DNA of 64,000 nucleotides from Burkholderiaceae bacterium (lineage in GTDB: Bacteria; Pseudomonadota; Gammaproteobacteria; Burkholderiales; Burkholderiaceae_C), in the NCBI GenBank assembly GCA_035716845.1, contig DASTJE010000259.1, positions 2,638 to 66,637 on the forward strand. Reading direction: 5' to 3'. Position 1 is the first letter of the stretch, and the number at the start of each line of letters is the position of its first letter. A program made the translations under genes and the position numbers. A model generated the notes under the pieces. That model was not told the DNA's origin. It was given only the letters and a program-made list of their open reading frames with translations, and did no database searches. Below are positions 37,816-46,990 of the stretch, in pieces.

Positions 37816-39111
37816 TCAGCGCGTCGAGTCCAGACCGGTCATCAGCTGCACGATGCGCTGCGCCATGCGCTCGTTGGCGCCGCGGTGCGTGCCCGCAAAA
37901 GCCAGCGACTGCTCGACCCATTCGTTGCGCCGCAGATCGTGCACCAGCGCGGCGGCGCGCCGCACCGCACTGCCGATGTCCTTCATGCGCGCCGCGGCGC
38001 CGGCCTCGATGGCCAGGTGTGCGGCCTCCTCGAAGTTGAACGTGTGCGGCCCCATCAACAGCGGGCAGCCGCAGGCCGCCGCCTCGATCAGGTTCTGCCC
38101 GCCCAGCGGGGCAAAGCTGCCGCCCAGCAACGCCACGTCGGCCATCGCGTAATACAGCGGCATCTCGCCCAGCGAGTCGCCGATCCACACGTCGGCATCG
38201 GCGTTGGCGGCCGGCGGATGGTCTGCCCAGGTGCTGCGCCGCACCGCCGAAAAGCCCGCGCCCTCCGCCAGGGCGGCCACTTCGTCGAAACGCTGCGGAT
38301 GCCTCGGCACGACCAGCAGCAGCGGCCGCGGCGCGGGCAGTGCTCGCCAGGCCTCGAACAGAGCGCCCTCCTCGCCCTCGCGGCTCGAGGCCATCATGAC
38401 CACCGGGCGCCTCACCTGCGCGCGCCATTCATGGCCACGCGCGAGCAGCCTGGCCGGCGGCGTGATGTCGAACTTCGTGTTGCCGCACACCTCGACGAGG
38501 CGCGCGCCGGCCTCGCGCAGGCGTTGCGCGTCGCGCGCCGTCTGCGCCAGCACGCGCGCGAACGAGGCCACGGCCGGGCGCAGCAGCACATCGAAGCGCC
38601 GTCCCTTGCGCTGGCTGCGCAGCGACAGCCGTGCGTTGGCCAGCACCATCGGCACGTGCATCTGCTGCGCGTGGTGCAGCACGTTGGGCCAGATCTCGGT
38701 CTCCATGATCACGCCGACCGCCGGCCGGTGGCGCTGGAGGAAGCGCCTCACCGCCCCCGGCGTGTCATAGGGAAACCATGCCTGGTCGTCCTCCGGACGC
38801 AGGAGCTCGAGACCGGCCTGCACGCCGGTGGCGGTGCTGCACGTCAGCAGCAGCCGCATGCTGGGCATTTCGCGACGCAGGGCCTCGATCAGGGGTGCCG
38901 CGGCGCGCGTCTCGCCGAGCGACACGGCGTGCACCCAGACCACGCCTCCCTGCCCGCGCCGCGGCGGAAGATCGTAGTGCCCGATCCGCTCGGACAGGCG
39001 CTTGCGGTACACGGGTTCGGCCCGCCCGCGCCACCACAGCCGCGCCAGGTACAGCGGCGTGGCCAGCCACAGCGCGCACGAGTAGAGCCAGCGGGCAAGC
39101 AAGGCGGCCAT
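37816..39111 (-). CDS. waaA: 3-deoxy-D-manno-octulosonic acid (Kdo) transferase
   Basis: ORF 37816..39111. The motifs VWVHAVSLGE and GGSF..GGQNLIEAAA are present. Confidence 0.9.
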   Translation of the reverse strand: MAALLARWLYSCALWLATPLYLARLWWRGRAEPVYRKRLSERIGHYDLPPRRGQGGVVWVHAVSLGETRAAAPLIEALRREMPSMRLLLTCSTATGVQAGLELLRPEDDQAWFPYDTPGAVRRFLQRHRPAVGVIMETEIWPNVLHHAQQMHVPMVLANARLSLRSQRKGRRFDVLLRPAVASFARVLAQTARDAQRLREAGARLVEVCGNTKFDITPPARLLARGHEWRAQVRRPVVMMASSREGEEGALFEAWRALPAPRPLLLVVPRHPQRFDEVAALAEGAGFSAVRRSTWADHPPAANADADVWIGDSLGEMPLYYAMADVALLGGSFAPLGGQNLIEAAACGCPLLMGPHTFNFEEAAHLAIEAGAAARMKDIGSAVRRAAALVHDLRRNEWVEQSLAFAGTHRGANERMAQRIVQLMTGLDSTR

Positions 39112-39121
39112 CGGCAGGCCG

Positions 39122-40525
39122 TCAGTGCGCCGCTGCGGCGATGCGGGCGTCGGGTTTGACCGCGCGCAGCGCGGCCATCATCGTGGCCTCGACGCGGCGC
39201 AGGGCCTCGGGCGTGTGCCCCTCGAAGCGCAGCACCAGCACCGGTGTCGTGTTCGAGCCGCGAATCAGGCCGAATCCGTCCGACCAGTCGACGCGCAGGC
39301 CGTCGATGGTGTTGATCTCGGCGCCCTCGAAGCGCAGGCGTCCGTCGGCCACGCGCGCCTGCAGCTCGGCCACCAGGCGGTGATGCTCGCCCTCCTCGCA
39401 CGGCACGTTCAGCTCGGGGGTGTTGAAGCTGGTGGGCAGGGCATTGAGCACCGCGCTCGGATCCTTCGAACGCGACAGGATCTCGAGCATGCGCGCGGCG
39501 CAGTAGGTGGCATCGTCGAAACCGTACCAGCGCTCGCCGAAGAAGATGTGGCCGCTCATCTCGCCCGCGATCGGCGTCTTCAGCTCGGCCATCTTGGCCT
39601 TGATCAGCGAGTGACCGGTCTTGTAGATCATCGGCACGCCGCCGGCGGCGCGGATCGCCGGCCCCAGGCGCTGGCTGCACTTGACGTCGTAGAGGATGGT
39701 CGCCCCCGGCACGCGCGTGAGCACATCCTGCGCCAGCAGCATCAGCTGGCGGTCGGGGTAGATGATCTGGCCGTCCTTGGTGACGAGGCCGAGGCGGTCG
39801 CCGTCGCCGTCGAAGGCGATGCCCAGCTCGGCATCGGTCGATTTCACGCGCGCGATCAGCTCGGCCAGGTTCTCGGGCTTGCTCGGGTCCGGGTGATGGT
39901 TGGGGAAGTCGCCGTCGACCTCCGAGTACATCTCGTCGACGCGGCAGCCGATGGCGCGCAGCACCTGGGGCGAGGTGGCGCCCGGGATGCCGTTGCCGGA
40001 GTCGACCACGATCTTCATCGTGCGCGCCAGCCTGGCGTCGCCGGCGATGCGGGCGATGTACTCGGCCGTGATGTCCATCCGGCCGATGCGGCCGCGGCCC
40101 CGCGTGTAGCGCTCGGCCTCGATGCGCTGGCGCAGGGCCTGGATCTCGTCGCCGTAGATGGCTCGGCCGGCCATCACCATCTTGAAGCCGTTGTAGTCCT
40201 TCGGGTTGTGGCTGCCGGTGACCTGGATGCCCGAGCGGCAGCCGTACCGAGCGCGCGTGGCGGCCACGTAGTACAGCATCGGCGTGGTCACGGCGCCGAG
40301 GTCGACCACATCGAGCCCGGTGGAGGCCAGGCCGCGCATCAGGGCCTTGACGAGGCCGGGGCCCGACAGGCGTCCGTCGCGTCCCACCGCCACCGCCTTC
40401 TCGCCGGCGGCCAAGGCCTCCGAGCCGAAGGCCCGGCCGAGGTGTTCGGCGAAGGCCTCGTCGATCGTCCTGCCAACGACGCCGCGGATGTCATAGGCCT
40501 TGAAGATGGTGGCGTCGGCATGCAT
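39122..40525 (-). CDS. Phosphomannomutase/phosphoglucomutase
   Basis: It lies within ORF 39122..40705. The start is MHADATIFKAYDIRG. The active-site TGSHNP, the metal loop FDGDGDR, and GEMSGH are present. Confidence 0.9.
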   Translation of the reverse strand: MHADATIFKAYDIRGVVGRTIDEAFAEHLGRAFGSEALAAGEKAVAVGRDGRLSGPGLVKALMRGLASTGLDVVDLGAVTTPMLYYVAATRARYGCRSGIQVTGSHNPKDYNGFKMVMAGRAIYGDEIQALRQRIEAERYTRGRGRIGRMDITAEYIARIAGDARLARTMKIVVDSGNGIPGATSPQVLRAIGCRVDEMYSEVDGDFPNHHPDPSKPENLAELIARVKSTDAELGIAFDGDGDRLGLVTKDGQIIYPDRQLMLLAQDVLTRVPGATILYDVKCSQRLGPAIRAAGGVPMIYKTGHSLIKAKMAELKTPIAGEMSGHIFFGERWYGFDDATYCAARMLEILSRSKDPSAVLNALPTSFNTPELNVPCEEGEHHRLVAELQARVADGRLRFEGAEINTIDGLRVDWSDGFGLIRGSNTTPVLVLRFEGHTPEALRRVEATMMAALRAVKPDARIAAAAH

Positions 40526-40785
40526 GGGGGCGCTTCTCCTGCGTCTTCGGGATGTGCCGGGCCATTGTAGGCACCGACCCCGTGCAGGCCTTGGTGCGGA
40601 TCCGCGTGGCCGCCGGCACCTGGCAAGCGATCTTGCGTGACGCGCGCGCCATGGTGTCGAGCGCTGCGATCGGTGCCCTTCCGTCGCCGCGGTCCAGGAA
40701 GGCACCCCGCCGGGGCCAGCAGCGGCCGCGAGCCACAGGTCCGAAAACGGCGAGTGCGGTGCGCCGTGCCGCCTATCATGAGCCC

Positions 40786-42285
40786 ATGGAAACCGCCCTC
40801 GATTCGACGCGCATCGACGACGACAGTGCCTACCGCGCGATCGTCGCGCACGACGCGCGCTTCGATGGCCGGCTGTTCATCGGCGTCACGTCCACCGGCG
40901 TGTACTGCCGGCCGGTGTGCCGCGTGCGCACGCCGATGCGGCGCAACTGCCGCTTCTTCGCCAATGCACCCAGCGCCGAGGCCGCGGGCTTTCGCCCCTG
41001 CCTGCGTTGCCGCCCCGAGCTGGCCCCCGGCCTCGCGCTGGTCGACTCGCCCCAGGTGCTGGCCCTGCACGCGGCGCGCATGCTCGACGCCGCGGTGCGC
41101 GCGGGCGACCCTGACGTCGCCCTGCCCGCCGTGGCGGCCAAGCTCGGCGTGACCGACCGCCACCTGCGCCGCATCTTCATGGCCGCGCATGGCGTGACGC
41201 CGATCGACTACCTGACGACGCAGCGCCTGCTGCTGGCCAAGCATCTGCTGACCGACACCGACCTGGCCCTGTCCGACGTCGCGTTCGCGGCGGGCTTCGG
41301 CAGCCAGCGGCGCTTCAATGCAGCCTTCGCCGAGCGCTATCGGCTGGCGCCCGGCGCCCTGCGCAGGATCCGCGAACAGGACGGCGGCGCTGCGCAGCGC
41401 ACCCACGCCGCGGTCCCCGGCCCCCTGCTGCGCCTGGCCTACCGGCCGCCGTACGACGCGGCCGGCGTGATCGGCTTCTTCGCGGCCCGCGCCGTCCCCG
41501 GCATCGAGGCGGTGGACCGCGACGCGCTCACGCTGCGGCGCACGCTGGCGTGGCAGCACCAGGGCCGCCGCCTCGCCGGCTGGCTGACCGCGCGCTTCGT
41601 GCCCGAGCGCCACGAGGTCGAGGCGCGGATCGCGCCGGCCCTCGCGCCGGCGCTCGGCGCCGTCGTGCAGCGCCTGCGCCAGGGACTCGACCTCGATGCG
41701 GATCCGGCGCCGATCGGCGCCGCGCTGGCCAACCTGCCCGGCGCCGAAGGCGTGCGCGTGCCCAACGGGATGGACGGCTGGGAGATCGCCGCGCGCGTGA
41801 TCCTCGGCCAGCAGGTCACGGTGGCCGCGGCGCGCACGCTGACGAGGCGCCTGGTCGAGCGCTTCGGCGAGCCGATCGAGACCCCGATGGCCGACCTGTC
41901 GCGGCTGTTCCCGTCGGCGCACCGGATCGCTCACGCCGATGCCGCCGACATCGGCACGCTGGGCATCGTGCGCCAGCGCGTGGGCGCCCTGCAGGCCCTG
42001 GCGCGCGAGGTCGACCGCGGCCGCGTCGAGCTGCACCGCGGCGCCCCGCTGCAGGCCACGCTGGCGGCGCTGCGCGCCGTGCCGGGCATCGGCGAATGGA
42101 CGGTGCAACTGATCGCCATGCGCGCGCTGGCCTGGCCCGACGCCTTCCCGGCCACCGACATCGGCGTGATGAAGGCGCTGGGCACGCGCGACGCGAAGGT
42201 GGTGGCAGAGCGCGCCGTGGCCTGGCGGCCCTGGCGCTCGTACGCGGTGATGCGGCTGTGGCAATCCCTGGAGACCGGAACATGA
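40786..42285 (+). CDS. Ada-type Zn methylphosphotriester sensor + AraC HTH + AlkA (DNA-3-methyladenine glycosylase II) fusion
   Basis: It lies within ORF 40552..42285, starting at METALDS. The Cys4 pattern is CRPVC...PCLRC, followed by an AraC-type HTH (TPIDYLTTQRLLLAKHLL). The C-terminal HhH-GPD glycosylase region is IPGIGEWTVQLIAMRAL..PDAFPATDIG. Confidence 0.85.
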   Translation: METALDSTRIDDDSAYRAIVAHDARFDGRLFIGVTSTGVYCRPVCRVRTPMRRNCRFFANAPSAEAAGFRPCLRCRPELAPGLALVDSPQVLALHAARMLDAAVRAGDPDVALPAVAAKLGVTDRHLRRIFMAAHGVTPIDYLTTQRLLLAKHLLTDTDLALSDVAFAAGFGSQRRFNAAFAERYRLAPGALRRIREQDGGAAQRTHAAVPGPLLRLAYRPPYDAAGVIGFFAARAVPGIEAVDRDALTLRRTLAWQHQGRRLAGWLTARFVPERHEVEARIAPALAPALGAVVQRLRQGLDLDADPAPIGAALANLPGAEGVRVPNGMDGWEIAARVILGQQVTVAAARTLTRRLVERFGEPIETPMADLSRLFPSAHRIAHADAADIGTLGIVRQRVGALQALAREVDRGRVELHRGAPLQATLAALRAVPGIGEWTVQLIAMRALAWPDAFPATDIGVMKALGTRDAKVVAERAVAWRPWRSYAVMRLWQSLETGT

Positions 42286-42794
42286 CGACGCCCTTCGACG
42301 GCGTGCCGCTGGTGGCACGCGCCGACCTCGACACCCCGCTCGGCGCGATGACCGCCTTGGCCACCCCGCGCGGCCTGGCCGGCCTGTGGTTCGATGCCGC
42401 GAAGTACCGGCCCGAGCTCGCCCACGTGCCCGAGGATCCGGCGAACACGCACATCGCCGCGGCACGCGCCTGGCTGGCCGCCTACTGGGCCGGCGGCGAC
42501 CCGGCCCCTGGCGACGTGCCGCTCGACCTGCACGGCAGCGCGTTCCAGCGCGCGGTGTGGCAGGCGCTGCTGGCGATCCCGCGCGGCCATACGCGGACCT
42601 ACGGCCAGATCGCCGCGGCGGTCGGCGCCGGCGCAGTGGCGCGCGCCACCGGCGGCGCGATCGGCCGCAACCCGGTGGCGCTGATCGTGCCCTGCCACCG
42701 CGTCGTCGGCGCGAACGGCTCGCTGACCGGCTTTGCCGCCGGGCTGCCGCGCAAGGAGCGCTTGCTGCAGCACGAGGGAGCGCTGCTCGCGTGA
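42282..42794 (+). CDS. ogt: Methylated-DNA--protein-cysteine methyltransferase
   Basis: It lies within ORF 41550..42794. The ATG overlaps the upstream stop (ATGA). The active site is IVPCHRVV. Confidence 0.9.
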   Translation: MTTPFDGVPLVARADLDTPLGAMTALATPRGLAGLWFDAAKYRPELAHVPEDPANTHIAAARAWLAAYWAGGDPAPGDVPLDLHGSAFQRAVWQALLAIPRGHTRTYGQIAAAVGAGAVARATGGAIGRNPVALIVPCHRVVGANGSLTGFAAGLPRKERLLQHEGALLA

Positions 42795-43684
42795 GGGCCT
42801 TGGACATCGCCGAACTGCTGGCGCTGGCCGCGTTGTGGGGCGCATCCTTCCTGTTCATGCGCCTGGGCGCCGGCGAGTTCGGTCCGGTGGCGCTGGCCGG
42901 CCTGCGCGTGGCCGGTGCCGCCGCCCTGCTGCTGCCGCTGCTGGCCTGGCGACGTCAGGCGGCGGCGCTGGGCACGCACTGGCGCGCCCTGCTGATCGTG
43001 GGCGCCCTCAACTCCGCGCTGCCGTTCGCGCTCTATGCCATGGCGGCATTGGCGATCAGCGCGGGCCTGTCGGCGATCCTCAACGCGACGGCGCCGCTGT
43101 GGGGCGCCGTGGTGGCCTGGCTGTGGCTCGGCGATCGGCCGACGCGCGATCGCCTCGTCGGCCTGGCCGTGGGTTTCGGCGGCGTGGCCGCCCTGGCCTG
43201 GGACAAGGCGAGCCTGCGCACCACCGAAGCGGGCGTCAGCCCGGCCCTGGCGGTGGCAGCCTGCCTGGGGGCCACGCTGTGCTACGGCTTCGCGGCCAAC
43301 TACACCCGGCGCATGCTGGAAGGCGTGCCGCCGCTGGCGGTGGCGGCCGGCAGCCAGGGCGCCGCCGCGCTGCTGCTGGCCTTGCCCACGGCCGCCTTGT
43401 GGCCCGCCACGCCGCCGGGCGCCGCGGCGTGGGCGGCGCTCGCCGCGCTGGCCCTGCTGTGCACCGGGGTGGCCTACGTCCTCTACTTCCGCCTCATCCT
43501 GCGCCTGGGTGCGGCACGCGCCATCACCGTCACCTTCCTGATCCCCGTCTTTGGCGTCCTGTGGGGCGCGTTGCTGCTGGACGAGCGGCCCACGGCCTCG
43601 ATGGCGGCCGGGTGCGCGGTGATCCTGGCCGGCACCGCGCTGGTGACCGGCGCCCTCACGCTGCCGCGCCCGCGTAAACCCTGA
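42791..43684 (+). CDS. DMT-superfamily (EamA-like) transporter
   Basis: It lies within ORF 42386..43684. The GTG overlaps the ogt stop (GTGA). The product is hydrophobic with about 10 TM segments and a duplicated EamA pattern. Confidence 0.85.
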   Translation: MRALDIAELLALAALWGASFLFMRLGAGEFGPVALAGLRVAGAAALLLPLLAWRRQAAALGTHWRALLIVGALNSALPFALYAMAALAISAGLSAILNATAPLWGAVVAWLWLGDRPTRDRLVGLAVGFGGVAALAWDKASLRTTEAGVSPALAVAACLGATLCYGFAANYTRRMLEGVPPLAVAAGSQGAAALLLALPTAALWPATPPGAAAWAALAALALLCTGVAYVLYFRLILRLGAARAITVTFLIPVFGVLWGALLLDERPTASMAAGCAVILAGTALVTGALTLPRPRKP

Positions 43685-43717
43685 GAAGGCCGCCCTTCGG
43701 GGCTCGGGACAATGCGT

Positions 43718-43727
43718 GTTGTATACA
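43718..43727. promoter_or_regulatory. GTTGTATACA box (palindromic TGTATACA core), a candidate GntR operator, copy 1
   Basis: Read from the sequence. It matches the generic GntR/FadR-type GT-Nx-AC palindrome. Confidence 0.4.
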
Positions 43728-43816
43728 GCGCGACGCCAACACGTGCCCATTCGCCCCCATCCGCTCGCGACTTGCGCTCCGCCAGCCCCGCTCGCATCGC
43801 GCCGCGAGACGTCGTC

Positions 43817-43826
43817 GTTGTATACA
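43817..43826. promoter_or_regulatory. GTTGTATACA box, copy 2, abutting a TTGACG -35-like hexamer
   Basis: It is an identical 10-mer 99 bp downstream of copy 1 and 39 bp upstream of the GntR ATG. Confidence 0.4.
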
Positions 43827-43864
43827 TTGACGCACGACCGGCTCGTAGCCTCCGGCCGCCCGGA

Positions 43865-44665
43865 ATGAACGTTCGCACGAATCCCGCCACACACGACGCC
43901 GAGGGCGCTTCGCAATCGATGCGTGCCCAGTTGCGATTGCGCGAGATGATCGTCGGCGGCGAACTCGCGCCGGGCGCACGCATCGCCGAGCTGGCGATGG
44001 TCGAGGCGCTGGCCATGTCGCGCACGCCGATCCGCACGGCGCTGGTGCGTCTGCAGGAAGAGGGGCTGCTCGAGGCGCTGCCCTCGGGCGGGTTCTCGGT
44101 GCGCGACTTCTCCGAGGCCGACATCCACGATGCGATCGAGCTGCGTGGCACGCTGGAGGGCCTGGCCGCGCGGCTGGCGGCCGAGCGGGGCGCGCCCGCC
44201 GCAGTGCTCTGCGAGGCGCGCGGCTGCCTGGCCGCCCTCGACGCGGTGCTGGCCGCCCCGCGCCTGAGCGACGCCTCGTTCGCCCGCTACGCCGAGCACA
44301 ACGCCCGTTTCCACGCCCTGCTGGCCGCGATGTCGGGCAGTGCGCTGGTGCAGCGCCAGGTCGAGCGCGCAGCCGCCCTGCCCTTCGCCTCGCCCAACGG
44401 CTTCGTGATGGTCGACGCCGGCAGCACGCGCGCGCGCGACCACCTGCGGGCGGCTCACGAACAGCACCATGCCCTGCTCGAGGCGATCGCGGCCCGCGAA
44501 GGCGCGCGTGCCGAGGCGCTCGCGCGCGAACATGCCCGCAACGCGCGCCGCAACCTCGCCGACGCGCTGTGCAACCAGCGCTCGCTGCAGCGGGTGCCGG
44601 GCGCGCGCCTGATCCGACCCCGCGCGCCCGCCGAGGGCCGCGCCGGCTTCGCAGACAGACCCTGA
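43865..44665 (+). CDS. GntR-family (FadR/FCD subfamily) transcriptional regulator
   Basis: It lies within ORF 43712..44665, with the ATG at 43865. The HTH is LRLREMIVGGELAPGARIAELAMVEALAMSRTPIRTALVRLQEEGLL, followed by an all-helical FCD-like C-domain. Confidence 0.85.
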   Translation: MNVRTNPATHDAEGASQSMRAQLRLREMIVGGELAPGARIAELAMVEALAMSRTPIRTALVRLQEEGLLEALPSGGFSVRDFSEADIHDAIELRGTLEGLAARLAAERGAPAAVLCEARGCLAALDAVLAAPRLSDASFARYAEHNARFHALLAAMSGSALVQRQVERAAALPFASPNGFVMVDAGSTRARDHLRAAHEQHHALLEAIAAREGARAEALAREHARNARRNLADALCNQRSLQRVPGARLIRPRAPAEGRAGFADRP

Positions 44666-44678
44666 CCCTGGAGACCCC

Positions 44679-45803
44679 ATGAGCCTCAACCCCCCGTTCC
44701 GCGCCGACCATGTCGGCAGCTTCCTGCGCCCGGCCTACCTGCTGGAGGCGCGCGAGAAGAAGGCGCGCGGCGAGATCGGCGCCGCACAGCTGCGCGAGGT
44801 CGAAGACCGCGCCATCGCCGAGGTCGTGAAGTTGCAGCGCGACGTCGGCCTCAAGAGCATCACGGACGGCGAATTCCGCCGCACCTTCTTCCACATCGAC
44901 TTCCTCGAACAGCTCGGCGGCGTGGTGGCCGAGGTACCCGCCAACCTGATCATCAAGAAGCCCGACGGCACCGAGGCGCTATCGCCGCCGGTCCTGAAGG
45001 TGACCGACACGGTGCGCCACGTGAAGGACATCCAGCGCGCCGATTTCGAGTACCTGAAGTCGCAGGTCGAGCAGCACGCCCCCGGCTGCACGCCCAAGGT
45101 GACGATCCCGTCGCCGACGATGTTGCACTTCCGCGGCGGACGCGCGGGCATCAGCCGCGAGGCCTATCCCGAGCTCGATCCGGCCTTCTACGACGACGTC
45201 GCCCAGGCCTACGCCGACGAGCTGAAGAGCCTGCACGACGCCGGCTGCCGCTACGTGCAGATGGACGACACCAACCTTGCCTACCTGTGCGACGAAAAGA
45301 TGCGCGAGGCGGCGCGCCAGCGCGGCGACGACCCCAACGAACTGCCGCACCGCTACGCGGCCTTCATCAACAAGGTGGTGGCCAGGAAGCCCGCCGGCAT
45401 GACGCTGGCCATGCACCTGTGCCGCGGCAACTTCAAGAGCACCCACGCGGCCGCGGGCAACTACGAGCCGGTGGCCGAGGCCCTGCTGTCGGAGATGAAC
45501 CTCGACGCCTACTTCCTCGAGTACGACGACGAGCGCTCGGGCGACTTCCGGCCGCTGCGCTTCCTCAAGCCCGGCAAGACGGTCGTGCTGGGCCTCGTGA
45601 CCACCAAGTTCGGCGAGATGGAGAGCAAGGACGCGCTCAAGCGCCGCATCGCCGAGGCCGCCCAGTACGCGCCGCTCGATCAGCTCTGCCTGAGCCCCCA
45701 ATGCGGGTTTTCGAGCACGGTCCATGGCAACAACATTGCCGTGGAAGCCCAGCGCGCCAAATTACGATTGGTGGTCGAAGTCGCCGCCGAGGTCTGGGGC
45801 TGA
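44679..45803 (+). CDS. Cobalamin-independent methionine synthase II family protein (MetE C-terminal-domain-like)
   Basis: ORF 44679..45803. Zn-ligand contexts MHLCRGN and LSPQCGFSS are present, and the 374-aa size fits. Confidence 0.85.
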   Translation: MSLNPPFRADHVGSFLRPAYLLEAREKKARGEIGAAQLREVEDRAIAEVVKLQRDVGLKSITDGEFRRTFFHIDFLEQLGGVVAEVPANLIIKKPDGTEALSPPVLKVTDTVRHVKDIQRADFEYLKSQVEQHAPGCTPKVTIPSPTMLHFRGGRAGISREAYPELDPAFYDDVAQAYADELKSLHDAGCRYVQMDDTNLAYLCDEKMREAARQRGDDPNELPHRYAAFINKVVARKPAGMTLAMHLCRGNFKSTHAAAGNYEPVAEALLSEMNLDAYFLEYDDERSGDFRPLRFLKPGKTVVLGLVTTKFGEMESKDALKRRIAEAAQYAPLDQLCLSPQCGFSSTVHGNNIAVEAQRAKLRLVVEVAAEVWG

Positions 45804-45826
45804 ATCGCATTCACAGGAGAACCGCA

Positions 45827-46846
45827 ATGAAACGCTTGCTACTCGCTCTGGCGGCCGCCGCCGCAGCCCTGCCCGCCGCGGCGCAGGAGGTCACGCTGAA
45901 GTTCCACCATATCTGGAACCCGCAGGCCATGGCCTCGGTGAACGTGATCGCACCGTGGTGCGAGAAGATCGCCAAGGAATCGGCCAACAAGCTCAAGTGC
46001 CAGGTGTTGCCGGCGATGAGCGGCGGCGGCACGCCGCCGCAGCTGGTGGACCGTGTCAAGGACGGCGTCGACGACGTGGTCATCACGCTGCCCGGCTACA
46101 CGGCCGGCCGCTTCCCGATGATGGAGGTGTTCGAGCTGCCCTTCATGACCAACTCGGCCGAGGTGGGCGCGCGCGCGGCGTGGGACTACCTCAACAAGAA
46201 CGCGCTCAAGGAGTTCCCGGGCACCAAGATCCTGGCGACCTGGGTGCACGACGAGGGCTACGTTCACACCAACGGCAAGCAGGTCAAGACCCTGGCCGAC
46301 TTCAAGGGCATGAAGATGCGCGCCCCGACGCGCCAGACCAACAAGCTGCTGGCCGCTCTGGGCGCTTCGCCGGTGGGCATGCCGCTGCCGGCCATTCCCG
46401 ACGCAGTGAGCAAGGGCACCATCGACGGTTTCCTGCTGCCTTGGGAAGTGATGCCCTCGCTGAAGCTGCACGAGATGGTCAAGTACCACAGCGAGACCGA
46501 CCCGAGCCGCCCGGCCCTGTACAGCGCGGTCTTCGTCTTCGCGATGAACCAGGCCAAGTACGACAGCCTGCCGGCCGACCTGAAGAAGGTGATCGACGCC
46601 AACAGCGGCGCCCAGCTGTCGCAGCAGATCGGCAAGATCTGGGACAACAGTTCGGCCCCGGGCCGCAAGGCGGCCCAGGAGCGCGGCAACACGTTCCACG
46701 TGATCCCGGCGTCGGAGCTCGACAACTGGGTCAAGGCCTCGGCGCCGCTGTACGACGAATGGGTGGCCGACATGGACAAGCGCGGCGCCAACGGCAAGGC
46801 GCTGCTGTCGGAGGCACGCGAGCTGCTCGTCAAGTACAAGAAGTAG
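45827..46846 (+). CDS. TRAP transporter substrate-binding protein (DctP family)
   Basis: It lies within ORF 45287..46846. The start is MKRLLLALAAAAAALPAAAQE, with an AGGAGA Shine-Dalgarno. Confidence 0.9.
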   Translation: MKRLLLALAAAAAALPAAAQEVTLKFHHIWNPQAMASVNVIAPWCEKIAKESANKLKCQVLPAMSGGGTPPQLVDRVKDGVDDVVITLPGYTAGRFPMMEVFELPFMTNSAEVGARAAWDYLNKNALKEFPGTKILATWVHDEGYVHTNGKQVKTLADFKGMKMRAPTRQTNKLLAALGASPVGMPLPAIPDAVSKGTIDGFLLPWEVMPSLKLHEMVKYHSETDPSRPALYSAVFVFAMNQAKYDSLPADLKKVIDANSGAQLSQQIGKIWDNSSAPGRKAAQERGNTFHVIPASELDNWVKASAPLYDEWVADMDKRGANGKALLSEARELLVKYKK

Positions 46847-46868
46847 CCGCACGACGACCGGCACGCAC

Positions 46869-46900
46869 GGCGCCTGCCCCTGGCGGGCGCCGTTTTTCTT
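46869..46900 (+). terminator. Intra-operon hairpin plus T-tract between dctP and dctQ (candidate partial terminator)
   Basis: GGCGCCTGCC-CCT-GGCGGGCGCC forms a 10-bp stem with one G-U pair, followed by GTTTTTCTT. Confidence 0.5.
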
Positions 46901-46990
46901 GGGCTCCTGAAATGAAATCCCCACGCTCACTTCGTTCGCTGTCCCCCGAGGGGGTGCTCAGTACCTTCGGAACGGCCGGGCGGTACTGAG

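Noticed and set aside
40526-40785. Search for canonical Ada boxes (AAT-N6-GCAA / AAAGCGCA type) upstream of the ada-alkA fusion
   Set aside because: Only a short GCAAG-CGAT-CTTGC inverted repeat was seen. It does not match the E. coli consensus as I remember it well enough to call.
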